Source: Pseudomonadota bacterium (lineage in GTDB: Bacteria > Pseudomonadota > Gammaproteobacteria > Burkholderiales > Eutrophovitaceae). From it: a stretch of DNA of 64,000 bases. Positions 38,680-48,512 of the stretch are shown here, piece by piece (position 1 is the stretch's first letter; each line of letters begins with the position of its first letter). The notes under the pieces are model-generated. The model searched no databases. It saw only the letters and a program-made list of their open reading frames with translations, and was not told where the DNA came from. The translations under genes and the position numbers were made by a program. The stretch lies in the NCBI GenBank assembly GCA_027624715.1, contig JAQBTV010000006.1:36121-100120 (forward strand), written 5' to 3'.

Positions 38680-38739
38680 ATAAGAATAGCCGTAATTGTT
38701 GTAGATAAATCCTTAAATTGGGACTAGAATGTGCTTATC

Positions 38740-39477
38740 ATGGAGCTTCAGAGCAAAACTAATGCGGGCTACGTGCCCTTATATCGTCAAATTAAGCGTC
38801 TGATTACAGATGCTTTAAGGTCTGGTGAGTGGGCGCCAGGACAGTCAATTCCTAGCGAATTTGAGCTTGCGCAACGTTATAACGTCAGCCAAGGTACCGT
38901 GAGAAAAGCGATTTCCGATCTTGCCACCCAAAAATTGGTTGTTCGGCATCAAGGTAGAGGCACTTTTGTCGCTTCCCATCAAATAGAGCCCACAAAATTT
39001 CCGTTTTTACGGCTTGCCCCAGACGTTGGGCCAGTTATGGATGTCAGTGCAAATTTAATTGATTTTTGGAGAATCAAACTAGATGAGTTGTCTGCTTCGA
39101 ACTTGCTAGTCGCTGCAGGATCAACCGGTTGGTTAATTCGAAGAATTTTAGCTCCAGAAGGAGTTCAAACGATTTATGAAGAAATTCGCCTCACTGGCCA
39201 ACTGTTTGAGGTGATCGAAGAAAAAATGCTGTTAGCTCATAACTGCATGCTTTATAGCATGTATGAGGCTGAATTCGGATTAAGAATTCTCCATGTGGAG
39301 GAGCGGGTAAAGGCAGTTTTAGGAGAAGGCGAAATTGTTGACCGATTGGGTTTGCTTGACGGCTCGCCCCTACTCAGGGTTGATCGCATTGCCTATACAT
39401 ACGGCGATCAACCTGTTGAATTGAGGCGCAGTTATTGCAATACCTCTAATCATCATTATAGAAATCAAATCATCTAA
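38740..39477 (+). CDS. GntR-family transcriptional regulator, HutC subfamily (UTRA effector domain)
   Basis: N-terminal wHTH (PLYRQIKRLITDAL..PSEFELAQRYNVSQGTVRKAISDL..RHQGRGTFV) followed by a ~150-aa C-terminal domain of UTRA size and type. It sits immediately upstream of sdhC. Confidence 0.85.
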   Translation: MELQSKTNAGYVPLYRQIKRLITDALRSGEWAPGQSIPSEFELAQRYNVSQGTVRKAISDLATQKLVVRHQGRGTFVASHQIEPTKFPFLRLAPDVGPVMDVSANLIDFWRIKLDELSASNLLVAAGSTGWLIRRILAPEGVQTIYEEIRLTGQLFEVIEEKMLLAHNCMLYSMYEAEFGLRILHVEERVKAVLGEGEIVDRLGLLDGSPLLRVDRIAYTYGDQPVELRRSYCNTSNHHYRNQII

Positions 39478-39514
39478 TAAGTGGTTGTTGATAAAAAATA
39501 AGGAACTGATTGCT

Positions 39515-39892
39515 ATGAATACAAAACTGAGGCCAAAACACTTAGACCTCACTAAGATCAGGTTACCCCTTCCAGGATTTGTCTCGATCCTTCATCGCGT
39601 GAGTGGTTTGGGCATGCTATTGATGCTCGGTGTGCTCTTAGGTGTCTTATCGCTAAGTTTGGAGTCCCCGCAGGGATATGCACAGGCAGCAAAATGCTTA
39701 ACTGGTTGGCTGGGAAAAACGGTGGTCATTGGTCTAGCCTGGGCTTTTACACATCATTCCATAGCGGGCATTCGGTTCTTGCTTCTTGATGTGCATGTTG
39801 GTACAGATCTCTCGACGGCACGAAAATCGAGCGCTGCGGTATTGGTTTTGAGTGTAGTCCTCACACTTATTTTTGGAGCCAGCATATGGTAA
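39515..39892 (+). CDS. sdhC: Succinate dehydrogenase cytochrome b556 subunit
   Basis: About 125 aa with 3 TM helices and the SILHRVSG heme-ligand region. The ATG at 39515 is preceded by AAGGAA. Confidence 0.88.
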   Translation: MNTKLRPKHLDLTKIRLPLPGFVSILHRVSGLGMLLMLGVLLGVLSLSLESPQGYAQAAKCLTGWLGKTVVIGLAWAFTHHSIAGIRFLLLDVHVGTDLSTARKSSAAVLVLSVVLTLIFGASIW

Positions 39893-40233
39893 ATCGAATT
39901 GTTACCGGAGCGCACTACGGGCTAAAGGATTGGTTGGTCCAACGAGTAACGGCGGCTATCATGGCTGTGTATACGATTGTGTTTGGAATTGTTTACCTCA
40001 TCACCTGCCCCAAAGATTACTTTGAGTGGAGCTACATGTTTCAATCTCAGTGGATGAAAACCATCACACTTTTATTTTTCTTTAGTCTTTTTTGGCACGC
40101 ATGGATTGGCGTCAGAGATGTTTTTATGGACTATATCAAGCGCACGGCGGTGCGTCTTGGTCTTCAAGTTTTAACGATATTGGTTCTGATTGCTTACGCT
40201 CTATGGACCATTCAAATTTTGTGGAGTGTATAG
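39886..40233 (+). CDS. sdhD: Succinate dehydrogenase hydrophobic membrane anchor subunit
   Basis: 115 aa with 3 TM helices. The N-terminus GAHYGLKDWLVQRVTA is typical of SdhD, and it sits between sdhC and sdhA. Confidence 0.88.
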   Translation: MVNRIVTGAHYGLKDWLVQRVTAAIMAVYTIVFGIVYLITCPKDYFEWSYMFQSQWMKTITLLFFFSLFWHAWIGVRDVFMDYIKRTAVRLGLQVLTILVLIAYALWTIQILWSV

Positions 40234-42000
40234 ATGTCTTATCCAGTAAGAAAATTTGATGCCGTAATTGTTGGTGCCGGTGGTGCTGGATTGAGAGCTG
40301 CACTTCAATTAGCAGAAGCGGGTTGTAAGGTCGCTGTGCTCTCTAAAGTTTTTCCTACACGTTCCCATACGGTTGCAGCGCAAGGCGGGATTGGGGCTGC
40401 GTTATCAAATATGGGTAAGGATAGCTGGCATTGGCACATGTACGATACCGTGAAGGGGTCAGATTGGCTCGGGGATCAGGATGCGATTGAGTTTATGTGT
40501 CGCGAAGCACCGAAGAGTGTGATTGAGTTAGAGCATTTTGGGATGCCCTTTGATCGAAATGAAAATGGATCAGTGTATCAGCGCCCGTTTGGCGGGCACA
40601 TGCAAAATTTTGGAGCAGGTCCACCAAGTCAGCGTTCTTGTTGTGCGGCAGATCGAACAGGCCATGCGATGTTACATACGCTGTATCAGAGAAATGTACG
40701 ATCCAATACCCATTTCTTTGTTGAGTGGATGGCGCTTGATTTGATACGCGACTCATCGGGGCAAGCAGTAGGTGTTACCGCTATGGAAATGGAAACAGGC
40801 GAAGTATTTATATTTCACTCGAAGGCAGTATTATTTGCTACAGGCGGAGCGGGGCGAGTGTATGAGTCAAGTACGAATGCATTTATTAATACTGGTGATG
40901 GGCTCGGTATTGTCTCTCGGGCGGGTATACCTCTTGAGGATATGGAGTTTTGGCAATTCCATCCTACAGGTGTTGCTGGAGCGGGTGTATTAATCACGGA
41001 GGGTGTGCGTGGAGAAGGAGGGTATCTCGTAAACAAGAATGGCGAACGATTTATGGAGCGGTATGCGCCTAATGCGAAAGATTTAGCGTCTCGTGATGTG
41101 GTTTCTCGCGCGATGGCGACCGAGATCAAGGACGGGCGAGGGTGTGGCGATAATGCGGATCATTTAATGCTAAAGCTTGATCATTTAGGTGAAGAGTTAA
41201 TCGATAGTAAATTGCCGGGGATTCGCGAAATTGCTAAGAAATTTGCTAATGTTGATCCAGTCAAAGATCCAATTCCCGTGGTGCCAACGTGTCATTACAT
41301 GATGGGTGGTATTCCTACTAACTACCGTGGCGAAGTGGTTTCCCCATCGGGAGAAGATAAGGAGGCGATTGTGCCTGGGTTATTTGCGGCAGGTGAGTGT
41401 GCTTGCACATCGGTTCATGGTGCTAATCGACTTGGAACGAACTCGCTCACTGACTTGCTGGTGTTTGGTAAGTCTTCGGGTAATTCGACTATTGAATTTT
41501 TAAGACAAAATCTCGAGCATAAAGACTTGCCTCGTGATGCTGGTGATTTGACTCGTCAACGATTGGATCGGTTGAATAACCAAACTAACGGTGAATCTGT
41601 TTTTGAGGTTGGGGCAGCGCTCCGACAAACAATGCAGAGAAATTGTGGTGTTTTCCGTTTCCCTGATTTGCTTGTTAATGGAGTTGCTGGCATTAAAGAG
41701 GTCGAGCAACGGGTTATGAGAACGCAGATTTCTGATAAGAGCAAGGTATTCAATACCGCTCGAATTGAGGCGTTAGAGTTAGATAATTTAATCGAGGTTG
41801 CGGTGGCTTCTCTTGTGTCTGCAGAGGCGCGGAAAGAAAGCAGAGGCGCTCATGATCGAGCAGATTTTTCAGAAAGAGATGACGAGACTTGGTTGAAGCA
41901 CACTCTTTGGTTTAAAGAGGGGAATCGATTGGATTACAAACCTGTTCACATGCGTCCGCTAACTGCAGAAACTATTGAGCCAAAGGTCCGTACTTATTAA
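40234..42000 (+). CDS. sdhA: Succinate dehydrogenase flavoprotein subunit
   Basis: 588 aa (VVGAGGAGLRAAL, RSHTVAAQGGI, HPTG, GANRLGTNSL). Confidence 0.97.
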   Translation: MSYPVRKFDAVIVGAGGAGLRAALQLAEAGCKVAVLSKVFPTRSHTVAAQGGIGAALSNMGKDSWHWHMYDTVKGSDWLGDQDAIEFMCREAPKSVIELEHFGMPFDRNENGSVYQRPFGGHMQNFGAGPPSQRSCCAADRTGHAMLHTLYQRNVRSNTHFFVEWMALDLIRDSSGQAVGVTAMEMETGEVFIFHSKAVLFATGGAGRVYESSTNAFINTGDGLGIVSRAGIPLEDMEFWQFHPTGVAGAGVLITEGVRGEGGYLVNKNGERFMERYAPNAKDLASRDVVSRAMATEIKDGRGCGDNADHLMLKLDHLGEELIDSKLPGIREIAKKFANVDPVKDPIPVVPTCHYMMGGIPTNYRGEVVSPSGEDKEAIVPGLFAAGECACTSVHGANRLGTNSLTDLLVFGKSSGNSTIEFLRQNLEHKDLPRDAGDLTRQRLDRLNNQTNGESVFEVGAALRQTMQRNCGVFRFPDLLVNGVAGIKEVEQRVMRTQISDKSKVFNTARIEALELDNLIEVAVASLVSAEARKESRGAHDRADFSERDDETWLKHTLWFKEGNRLDYKPVHMRPLTAETIEPKVRTY

Positions 42001-42035
42001 TCAAGTCTAAATTATTTAGTAAAGAGGTATATGTC

Positions 42036-42731
42036 ATGTTATTTAGAATTTATCGATACGATCCAGACAAAGATGCGAAGCCTTACATGAAGGAATATGA
42101 GTTAGAGCTTGGTTCATCCGATAGGATGTTGCTTGATGCACTCATTCGCATTAAAGAGATAGATGACTCTTTAAGTATCCGTCGATCGTGTCGTGAGGGT
42201 GTTTGTGGGTCGGACGCGATGAACATCAATGGTAAGAATGGACTTGCTTGTGTTACTAGTCTGGCAACTCTTAAGTCACCTGTGGAATTACGACCGTTAC
42301 CAGGACTGCCTGTTATTCGTGACTTGATTGTAGATATGTCACAGTTTTTTAAACAATACCATTCGGTTAAGCCTTATTTGGTCAACGATGACCCAGCTCC
42401 TGATACAGAAAGACTTCAGTCACCAAAAGATCGAGATCAATTAGATGGGCTGTATGAGTGTATTTTGTGTGCGTGTTGTTCGGCTGCATGTCCTTCTTTT
42501 TGGTGGAATCCAGATAAGTTTGTAGGACCGGCCGGTTTGCTTCAGGCTTACCGATTTCTTGCCGACTCAAGAGATCAATCGTCGAGTCATCGGTTAGATA
42601 ATCTTGAAGATCCTTACCGATTATTCCGTTGTCACTCAATCATGAACTGCGTAGATGTGTGTCCTAAGGGGTTGAATCCAACAAAGGCGATAGGAAAAAT
42701 CAAGGATATGCTCGTCAAGAGGATGGTTTAG
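42036..42731 (+). CDS. sdhB: Succinate dehydrogenase iron-sulfur subunit
   Basis: 231 aa carrying three Fe-S cluster motifs (CREGVCGSDAMNING, CILCACCSAACPS, CHSIMNCVDVCPKG). Confidence 0.96.
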   Translation: MLFRIYRYDPDKDAKPYMKEYELELGSSDRMLLDALIRIKEIDDSLSIRRSCREGVCGSDAMNINGKNGLACVTSLATLKSPVELRPLPGLPVIRDLIVDMSQFFKQYHSVKPYLVNDDPAPDTERLQSPKDRDQLDGLYECILCACCSAACPSFWWNPDKFVGPAGLLQAYRFLADSRDQSSSHRLDNLEDPYRLFRCHSIMNCVDVCPKGLNPTKAIGKIKDMLVKRMV

Positions 42732-42742
42732 GGCATCAGTCT

Positions 42743-42973
42743 ATGAGCGATATGGATAGATTACGTTGGAGTTGTCGCAGGGGATTGCTAGAGCTTGATC
42801 TTGTTTTACAAAGATTTCTTGATGAAGATTACCGATCATTAGGGGCAGATCAACGAGAAACGTTTAATCGTTTGTTAGGGCTTCAAGATAACGATTTATT
42901 GGACCTTGCGATGGGTCGAGCAGACACACATGATGAAGAGTTCGCGGAATTAGTTAATTTAATGCGTAAATAG
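42743..42973 (+). CDS. sdhE: FAD assembly factor SdhE (DUF339/YgfY)
   Basis: 76 aa with the RGxxE motif (RRGLLELD). It lies directly after sdhB. Confidence 0.85.
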   Translation: MSDMDRLRWSCRRGLLELDLVLQRFLDEDYRSLGADQRETFNRLLGLQDNDLLDLAMGRADTHDEEFAELVNLMRK

Positions 42974-43008
42974 GTTTGAGATTAAAACGCAGAGCAACGG
43001 ATAAAGGT

Positions 43009-43026
43009 ATAAGGTCTAGACCTTAT
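43009..43026. promoter_or_regulatory. Perfect 18-bp palindrome ATAAGGTCTAGACCTTAT upstream of gltA
   Basis: Read directly, 27 bp upstream of the gltA start. The core GGTCTAGACC equals the core of HutC/GntR operators such as DasR/NagR dre sites. Confidence 0.35.
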
Positions 43027-43052
43027 CATGAGTAAAATAAAAGGGGTATGTG

Positions 43053-44348
43053 ATGTCTGATAGAAAGGCAAATCTAGTTTTCCCGAACGGAGAAGCAAGT
43101 ATCGATTTTCCTATTCATAGCGGGACTATGGGTCCGGACGCGTTGGATATCCGAGCGCTCCTTAGCAAGACGGGAAAAGTTACATATGATCCAGGATTTT
43201 TGTCGACTGCGAGTTGCCGATCGGCGATTACATATATTGATGGGGACGAGGGTGTTTTACTCTATCGGGGATATCCTATCGAGCAGCTCGCTAAGTATTG
43301 TGATTTCCTTGAGGTTTGTTACCTTTTGTTAAATGGCGAGTTACCTAATACCGAAGAAAAAACAAAATTTGATTCTATGGTCATGCGACGTAACATGGTT
43401 CATGATCAGATTAATAGTTTTTTTAAAGGCTTTCGACGTGATGCCCATCCAATGGCAATCTTGGTTGGTACGGTTGGTGCCCTCTCGGCTTTTTATCACG
43501 ATTCATTAGATTTGGATAACTCGGCACATCGAGAGCTTTCAGCATTTCGTCTGATTGCCAAAATCCCAACACTTGCAGCCATGGCGTATAAGTACTCGGT
43601 TGGTCAGCCTTTCGTATATCCCGATAATGGGTTGAGTTACTCGGCTAACTTTATGCGAATGCTATTTTCGGTTCCTTCGGAAGAGTACAAAGTTAACGAA
43701 ACTTTAGCGCGAGCGTTAGATCGTATTTTTATATTGCATGCTGATCATGAGCAAAATGCATCAACATCGACTGTACGTCTTGCTGGATCATCTGGAGCAA
43801 ATCCTTTTGCATGTATTGCCGCAGGAATCGCTTGCCTTTGGGGGCCGGCTCATGGCGGTGCAAACGAGGCGTGTTTAGATATGTTGGAAGAGATTGGAGA
43901 TGTGTCTCGGGTTGGTGAATACATCAAAAAGGCTAAGGATAAAAATTCAGGATTTAGGTTGATGGGTTTTGGTCATCGCGTTTACAAAAACTATGACCCT
44001 AGAGCTAAATTGATGAGGGAGACGTGTCATGAGGTCTTAGGTGAATTAGGTTTGGAGAATGATCGTCTATTCAAGCTTGCAATGGAACTTGAGCGTATCG
44101 CGTTAGAGGATGACTATTTTGTTGAGAAGAAGTTGTATCCAAACGTTGATTTTTATTCAGGTATCGTCCAGCGGGCGATGGGGATTCCAACAAACATGTT
44201 TACATGTATTTTTGCTCTTGCGCGTACCGTCGGATGGATTGCTCAATGGAATGAAATGATTTCTGATTCCGATCAAAAAATCGGTCGCCCAAGGCAGTTA
44301 TATGTCGGTAAAGGCCGAAGGGATGTGAGATCAATTCAACAACGATAA
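43053..44348 (+). CDS. gltA: Citrate synthase (type II)
   Basis: About 431 aa ([39 protein letters not shown]). ATG 43053 and GTG 43050 are adjacent candidate starts. Confidence 0.96.
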   Translation: MSDRKANLVFPNGEASIDFPIHSGTMGPDALDIRALLSKTGKVTYDPGFLSTASCRSAITYIDGDEGVLLYRGYPIEQLAKYCDFLEVCYLLLNGELPNTEEKTKFDSMVMRRNMVHDQINSFFKGFRRDAHPMAILVGTVGALSAFYHDSLDLDNSAHRELSAFRLIAKIPTLAAMAYKYSVGQPFVYPDNGLSYSANFMRMLFSVPSEEYKVNETLARALDRIFILHADHEQNASTSTVRLAGSSGANPFACIAAGIACLWGPAHGGANEACLDMLEEIGDVSRVGEYIKKAKDKNSGFRLMGFGHRVYKNYDPRAKLMRETCHEVLGELGLENDRLFKLAMELERIALEDDYFVEKKLYPNVDFYSGIVQRAMGIPTNMFTCIFALARTVGWIAQWNEMISDSDQKIGRPRQLYVGKGRRDVRSIQQR

Positions 44349-44394
44349 CTTCTCCAGTATGTACATTAACAACAGACCTTCGGGTGGATAACTT

Positions 44395-47217
44395 ATGATG
44401 AAGGAGTTTGGTGGTAGTTCTCACCTGTTCGGTACCAATGCCGCATTTGTAGAAGAGTTATATGACTCTTACTTGGAGGACCCTAGGTCAATTCCGGCAG
44501 ATTGGAAAAATTATTTTGATGGCTTGCAAAACACAGGTCTAGGCAGGGACATTTCGCATCATCAGATTGTTAAGTCATTTGTTGGGTATAGAGACAACAG
44601 GGTGTCAACCCCTTGGGCTAATGGCCCTGTGGGAGGTGTCAGTAGCGAGCGTAGGCAAGTTTCAGTGCTTCAACTCATAAACGCATATCGATTTTTAGGC
44701 TCGAGGCGGGCGTCTCTAGATCCGCTAGATCGATTCAGTAAACCTGATATTCCTGAGTTAAATCTTGAGCACTACGACCTTGGCCAGGATGATCTTGATA
44801 AGAACTTCAATACAGGATCTTTTGTTGGGCCTGAGAAAATGCTTTTGTCAGAAATTTTGAAGGCCTTGCAAGATACCTACTGTGGACCGGTTGGCGCAGA
44901 GTACATGTACATCAGTGATGTACAGCAAAAACGATGGATTCAAAATCGACTTGAGGGGCCAAGAGCTCATCCACAATATTCTTCAGATTTCAAGCTTCAT
45001 TTGCTCGAGCGTCTGACAGCAGCAGAAACGTTAGAAAAATATCTTCATACCAAGTATGTCGGGCAAAAAAGATTTTCTCTTGAAGGCGCGGAAAGTATCA
45101 TTGTGTCACTGGATCGCCTGCTACAACGAGCCGGCCAGCTAGGAGTTAAAGAGTCAGTTATTGGTATGGCACATCGTGGGCGTCTCAATGTGCTTGTTAA
45201 TACCTTGGGCAAGATGCCGAAGGATCTGTTCTCGCAGTTCGAAGGTAAGTCGATAGAGCAGCTTCCTGCGGGTGATGTTAAATATCATCAGGGCTTTTCC
45301 TCGGACTTGATGACTCCAGGGGGACCAATGCATGTTTCTTTAGCGTTTAATCCTTCGCATCTTGAAATTGTTAACCCAGTTGTCGAGGGGTCAGTGCGCG
45401 CTCGACAACATCGCCGCAACGATGCTCAAGGCAAAGAAGTTTTACCTGTGTTGCTGCATGGGGACGCCGCTTTTGCCGGGCAAGGTGTCGTTATGGAGAC
45501 TTTAAACCTCTCTCAGACACGTGGTTATCGAACTGGGGGCACGGTACATATTATTATCAACAATCAAATTGGATTCACAACCTCTGACCCAAGGGATATG
45601 CGGTCTACTATGTATTGTAGTGACATTGCGAAGATGATTGATGCTCCCGTTTTTCATGTCAATGGAGATGATCCTGAAGCGGTATCCTTTGTGACAGAAA
45701 TTGCTCTCGACTACCGGATGGAGTTTGGAAAAGACGTAGTGATTGATCTTGTCTGCTTCAGAAAGCTCGGACACAACGAGCAAGATGAGCCGATGGTAAC
45801 GCAACCTTGGATGTATAGCTTAGTTAATAGACATCCGGGTACCCGAAAAAAATACGCAGATTTGTTACTAGCTGAAGGTTGTGTTCAGATTGGAGAGCCT
45901 GAGGCAATGATTAGTCATTTTAGAGATGCGTTGGATGGCGGGCATCATATAAATAAATCCATTTTGTCGAATTTTAAACCTCCTTATATGGTTGATTGGT
46001 CGGTATACCAAAATATTCCATGGACGCACTCAGCGAAAACGAGCTTAACTTTAAGATCGATTAAAGCTTTATCCGCAAAACTTACAACTGTGCCTGAGGG
46101 GTTTGTATTGCAGGCGCGCGTAGAAAAAGTGATTAGTGATCGTCGCTTGATGTCACAGGGTCAGCTACCACTCGATTGGGGTATGGCAGAAAATTTGGCT
46201 TATGCGTCATTGTTAAAAGCCGGGTACGGTATTCGTTTGTCTGGTCAGGATAGTGGTCGAGGAACGTTTTTTCATAGACATGCTGTTTTACATGACCAAA
46301 GAAGACGGAGTGCGACCGATGGGGTGTACATTCCACTTGAGCATATTGATAAAGAACAGCCTACGTTTTCGGTGATCGATTCACTGCTATCGGAAGAGGC
46401 CGTACTTGGTTTTGAATATGGTTACGCAACAACTGAGCCTAATGAGCTTGTGATTTGGGAGGCTCAATTTGGTGACTTTGCCAATGGGGCGCAGGTCGTC
46501 ATTGATCAGTTTATTGCTTCTGGTGAAGTTAAGTGGGGACGCATGTGTGGTTTGGTGATGATGCTGCCTCATGGCTATGAAGGTCAGGGGCCTGAGCATT
46601 CATCGGCAAGAATTGAGCGTTATTTGCAGTTGTGTGCTGATTACAATATGCAAATTTGTATTCCTTCAACGCCTAGTCAAATGTTTCACTTGTTGAGACG
46701 TCAAATGATTCGACCCTACCGTAAGCCGCTGATCGTTATCAGTCCTAAGAGCTTACTGCGCCATAAAGAATCTATTTCCTCTTTAGACGACCTTGTAGAT
46801 GGGGAATTTCAAAACATAATTTCAGATGACTTAAATACCGACCCCTCAAAGATTGAACGAGTTGTGTTCTGTAGCGGTAAAGTTTATTTCGAACTTGCTG
46901 CCCTGCGTAAAGAGCGTGAAATAGATCATGTTGCGATTGTTAGGTTGGAGCAGCTTTATCCGTTCCCGCATGATTTATTTAAAGCGCAGATAGCTTTTTA
47001 TAGAGGTGCAAAAGAGATGGTTTGGTGTCAGGAAGAGCCGGGAAATCAAGGTGCTTGGCACAGGATTCAGCACTACATAGAACGCCATCTGTTGGAAGGA
47101 CAAAAGCTAAGTTATGCCTTAAGAGCGTCGTCAGCGTCACCAGCAGGTGGGTATTCGGCACTGCAGGCAAATCGTCAAAGTGCAGTATTGAATGCCGCTT
47201 TGGGAATAAATGATTAA
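44395..47217 (+). CDS. sucA: 2-oxoglutarate dehydrogenase E1 component
   Basis: 940 aa of canonical SucA (YRFLGSRRASLDPL, GMAHRGRLNVL, HGDAAFAGQGVV, WEAQFGDFANGAQ). Confidence 0.96.
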   Translation: MMKEFGGSSHLFGTNAAFVEELYDSYLEDPRSIPADWKNYFDGLQNTGLGRDISHHQIVKSFVGYRDNRVSTPWANGPVGGVSSERRQVSVLQLINAYRFLGSRRASLDPLDRFSKPDIPELNLEHYDLGQDDLDKNFNTGSFVGPEKMLLSEILKALQDTYCGPVGAEYMYISDVQQKRWIQNRLEGPRAHPQYSSDFKLHLLERLTAAETLEKYLHTKYVGQKRFSLEGAESIIVSLDRLLQRAGQLGVKESVIGMAHRGRLNVLVNTLGKMPKDLFSQFEGKSIEQLPAGDVKYHQGFSSDLMTPGGPMHVSLAFNPSHLEIVNPVVEGSVRARQHRRNDAQGKEVLPVLLHGDAAFAGQGVVMETLNLSQTRGYRTGGTVHIIINNQIGFTTSDPRDMRSTMYCSDIAKMIDAPVFHVNGDDPEAVSFVTEIALDYRMEFGKDVVIDLVCFRKLGHNEQDEPMVTQPWMYSLVNRHPGTRKKYADLLLAEGCVQIGEPEAMISHFRDALDGGHHINKSILSNFKPPYMVDWSVYQNIPWTHSAKTSLTLRSIKALSAKLTTVPEGFVLQARVEKVISDRRLMSQGQLPLDWGMAENLAYASLLKAGYGIRLSGQDSGRGTFFHRHAVLHDQRRRSATDGVYIPLEHIDKEQPTFSVIDSLLSEEAVLGFEYGYATTEPNELVIWEAQFGDFANGAQVVIDQFIASGEVKWGRMCGLVMMLPHGYEGQGPEHSSARIERYLQLCADYNMQICIPSTPSQMFHLLRRQMIRPYRKPLIVISPKSLLRHKESISSLDDLVDGEFQNIISDDLNTDPSKIERVVFCSGKVYFELAALRKEREIDHVAIVRLEQLYPFPHDLFKAQIAFYRGAKEMVWCQEEPGNQGAWHRIQHYIERHLLEGQKLSYALRASSASPAGGYSALQANRQSAVLNAALGIND

Positions 47218-47258
47218 CCACGAAACGTATTTGCGACTAACCATAATTGGGAGAGGTC

Positions 47259-48470
47259 ATGCTAATTGAAGTTCGAGTTCCCGCATTGTCTGAGTCTGTA
47301 GCTGAGGCAACTTTGTTGTCCTGGCACAAAAAACTAGGAGATTTTGTGCAACGAGATGAGAATCTCATCGACATTGAGACAGATAAAGTGGTGTTAGAGC
47401 TGCCCGCACCCCACTCGGGTATGTTGACCGAGATTGTTAAAGTAGATGGAGCTTTGGTCACCGCGAATGAGGTTATTGCGCGCATCGATACCAGTGCGGT
47501 TGATGATCGACAGGTTGAGGCGACCACAATAGCGTTAGGTGGAAAAGAGAGTCCTAAGACAGATACTTCTGCGGTAGAGGCGTCTGTGGTACTCATGCCA
47601 GCAGCAAGGAAATTGGCCGCTGGTAGAAGTATTGAATTGAATAAGATCTCGGGGACCGGTCGAGGCGGTCGTATTACCAAAGAAGATGTGGTTGCCGCAT
47701 CATTTGCTAAAAAAGAAAGTTTGTTGTCTGCTGCAGGTCCATCAGAGGTAAGAGAATTGGATTCAAAAGGTAGATCTGAGCAGCGTGTGCCGATGTCACG
47801 TCTCCGGCAACGAGTTGCAGAGCGATTACTGCAGTCTCAGGCGACAGCAGCAATCTTGACGACCTTCAATGAAGTGAATATGCAACCAGTGATAGATATT
47901 CGAAACCGGTACAAGGTACAGTTTGAAAAGGAGCATGGAGTTAAGTTGGGTTTTATGTCCTTCTTTGTCAAGGCAGTTATTGCAGGACTTAAAAAATACC
48001 CAATAGTCAACGCCTCAGTAGACGGAGAACACATCATTTATCATGGATATTTTGATATTGGTATGGCGGTCGGTAGCCCCAGAGGTCTTGTCGTGCCAAT
48101 CATTCGAAATGCCGATACGTTGGCATTCTCAGAAATTGAGAAATCGATCAGTGCTTACGGGAAGCGAGCTCAAGAGGGTAGGTTGACCATTGATGAATTA
48201 ACCGGTGGCACTTTCTCTGTATCCAATGGTGGGGTTTTCGGATCTATGTTATCGACACCAATCATTAATCCACCTCAATCAGCTATTTTGGGAATCCATG
48301 CAACAAAAGACCGGCCAGTTGTTGAGGACGGACAGGTTGTTGTGAGGCCAATAAATTATTTGGCATTATCTTACGATCATCGGATTATTGATGGTCGCGA
48401 GGCGGTTCTATTTCTCGTTGCAATTAAAGAGGCGCTCGAAGACCCTTCTCGTTTGTTAATCGAGATTTAG
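47259..48470 (+). CDS. sucB: Dihydrolipoyllysine-residue succinyltransferase (E2o)
   Basis: One lipoyl domain ([12 protein letters not shown]), a PSBD, and a catalytic domain ending in [11 protein letters not shown]. The ATG at 47259 is preceded by GGGAGAGG. Confidence 0.95.
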   Translation: MLIEVRVPALSESVAEATLLSWHKKLGDFVQRDENLIDIETDKVVLELPAPHSGMLTEIVKVDGALVTANEVIARIDTSAVDDRQVEATTIALGGKESPKTDTSAVEASVVLMPAARKLAAGRSIELNKISGTGRGGRITKEDVVAASFAKKESLLSAAGPSEVRELDSKGRSEQRVPMSRLRQRVAERLLQSQATAAILTTFNEVNMQPVIDIRNRYKVQFEKEHGVKLGFMSFFVKAVIAGLKKYPIVNASVDGEHIIYHGYFDIGMAVGSPRGLVVPIIRNADTLAFSEIEKSISAYGKRAQEGRLTIDELTGGTFSVSNGGVFGSMLSTPIINPPQSAILGIHATKDRPVVEDGQVVVRPINYLALSYDHRIIDGREAVLFLVAIKEALEDPSRLLIEI

Positions 48471-48512
48471 CGGATAAGAATCTATTTTGTAATTATTAAT
48501 TAATTAAGTGTT

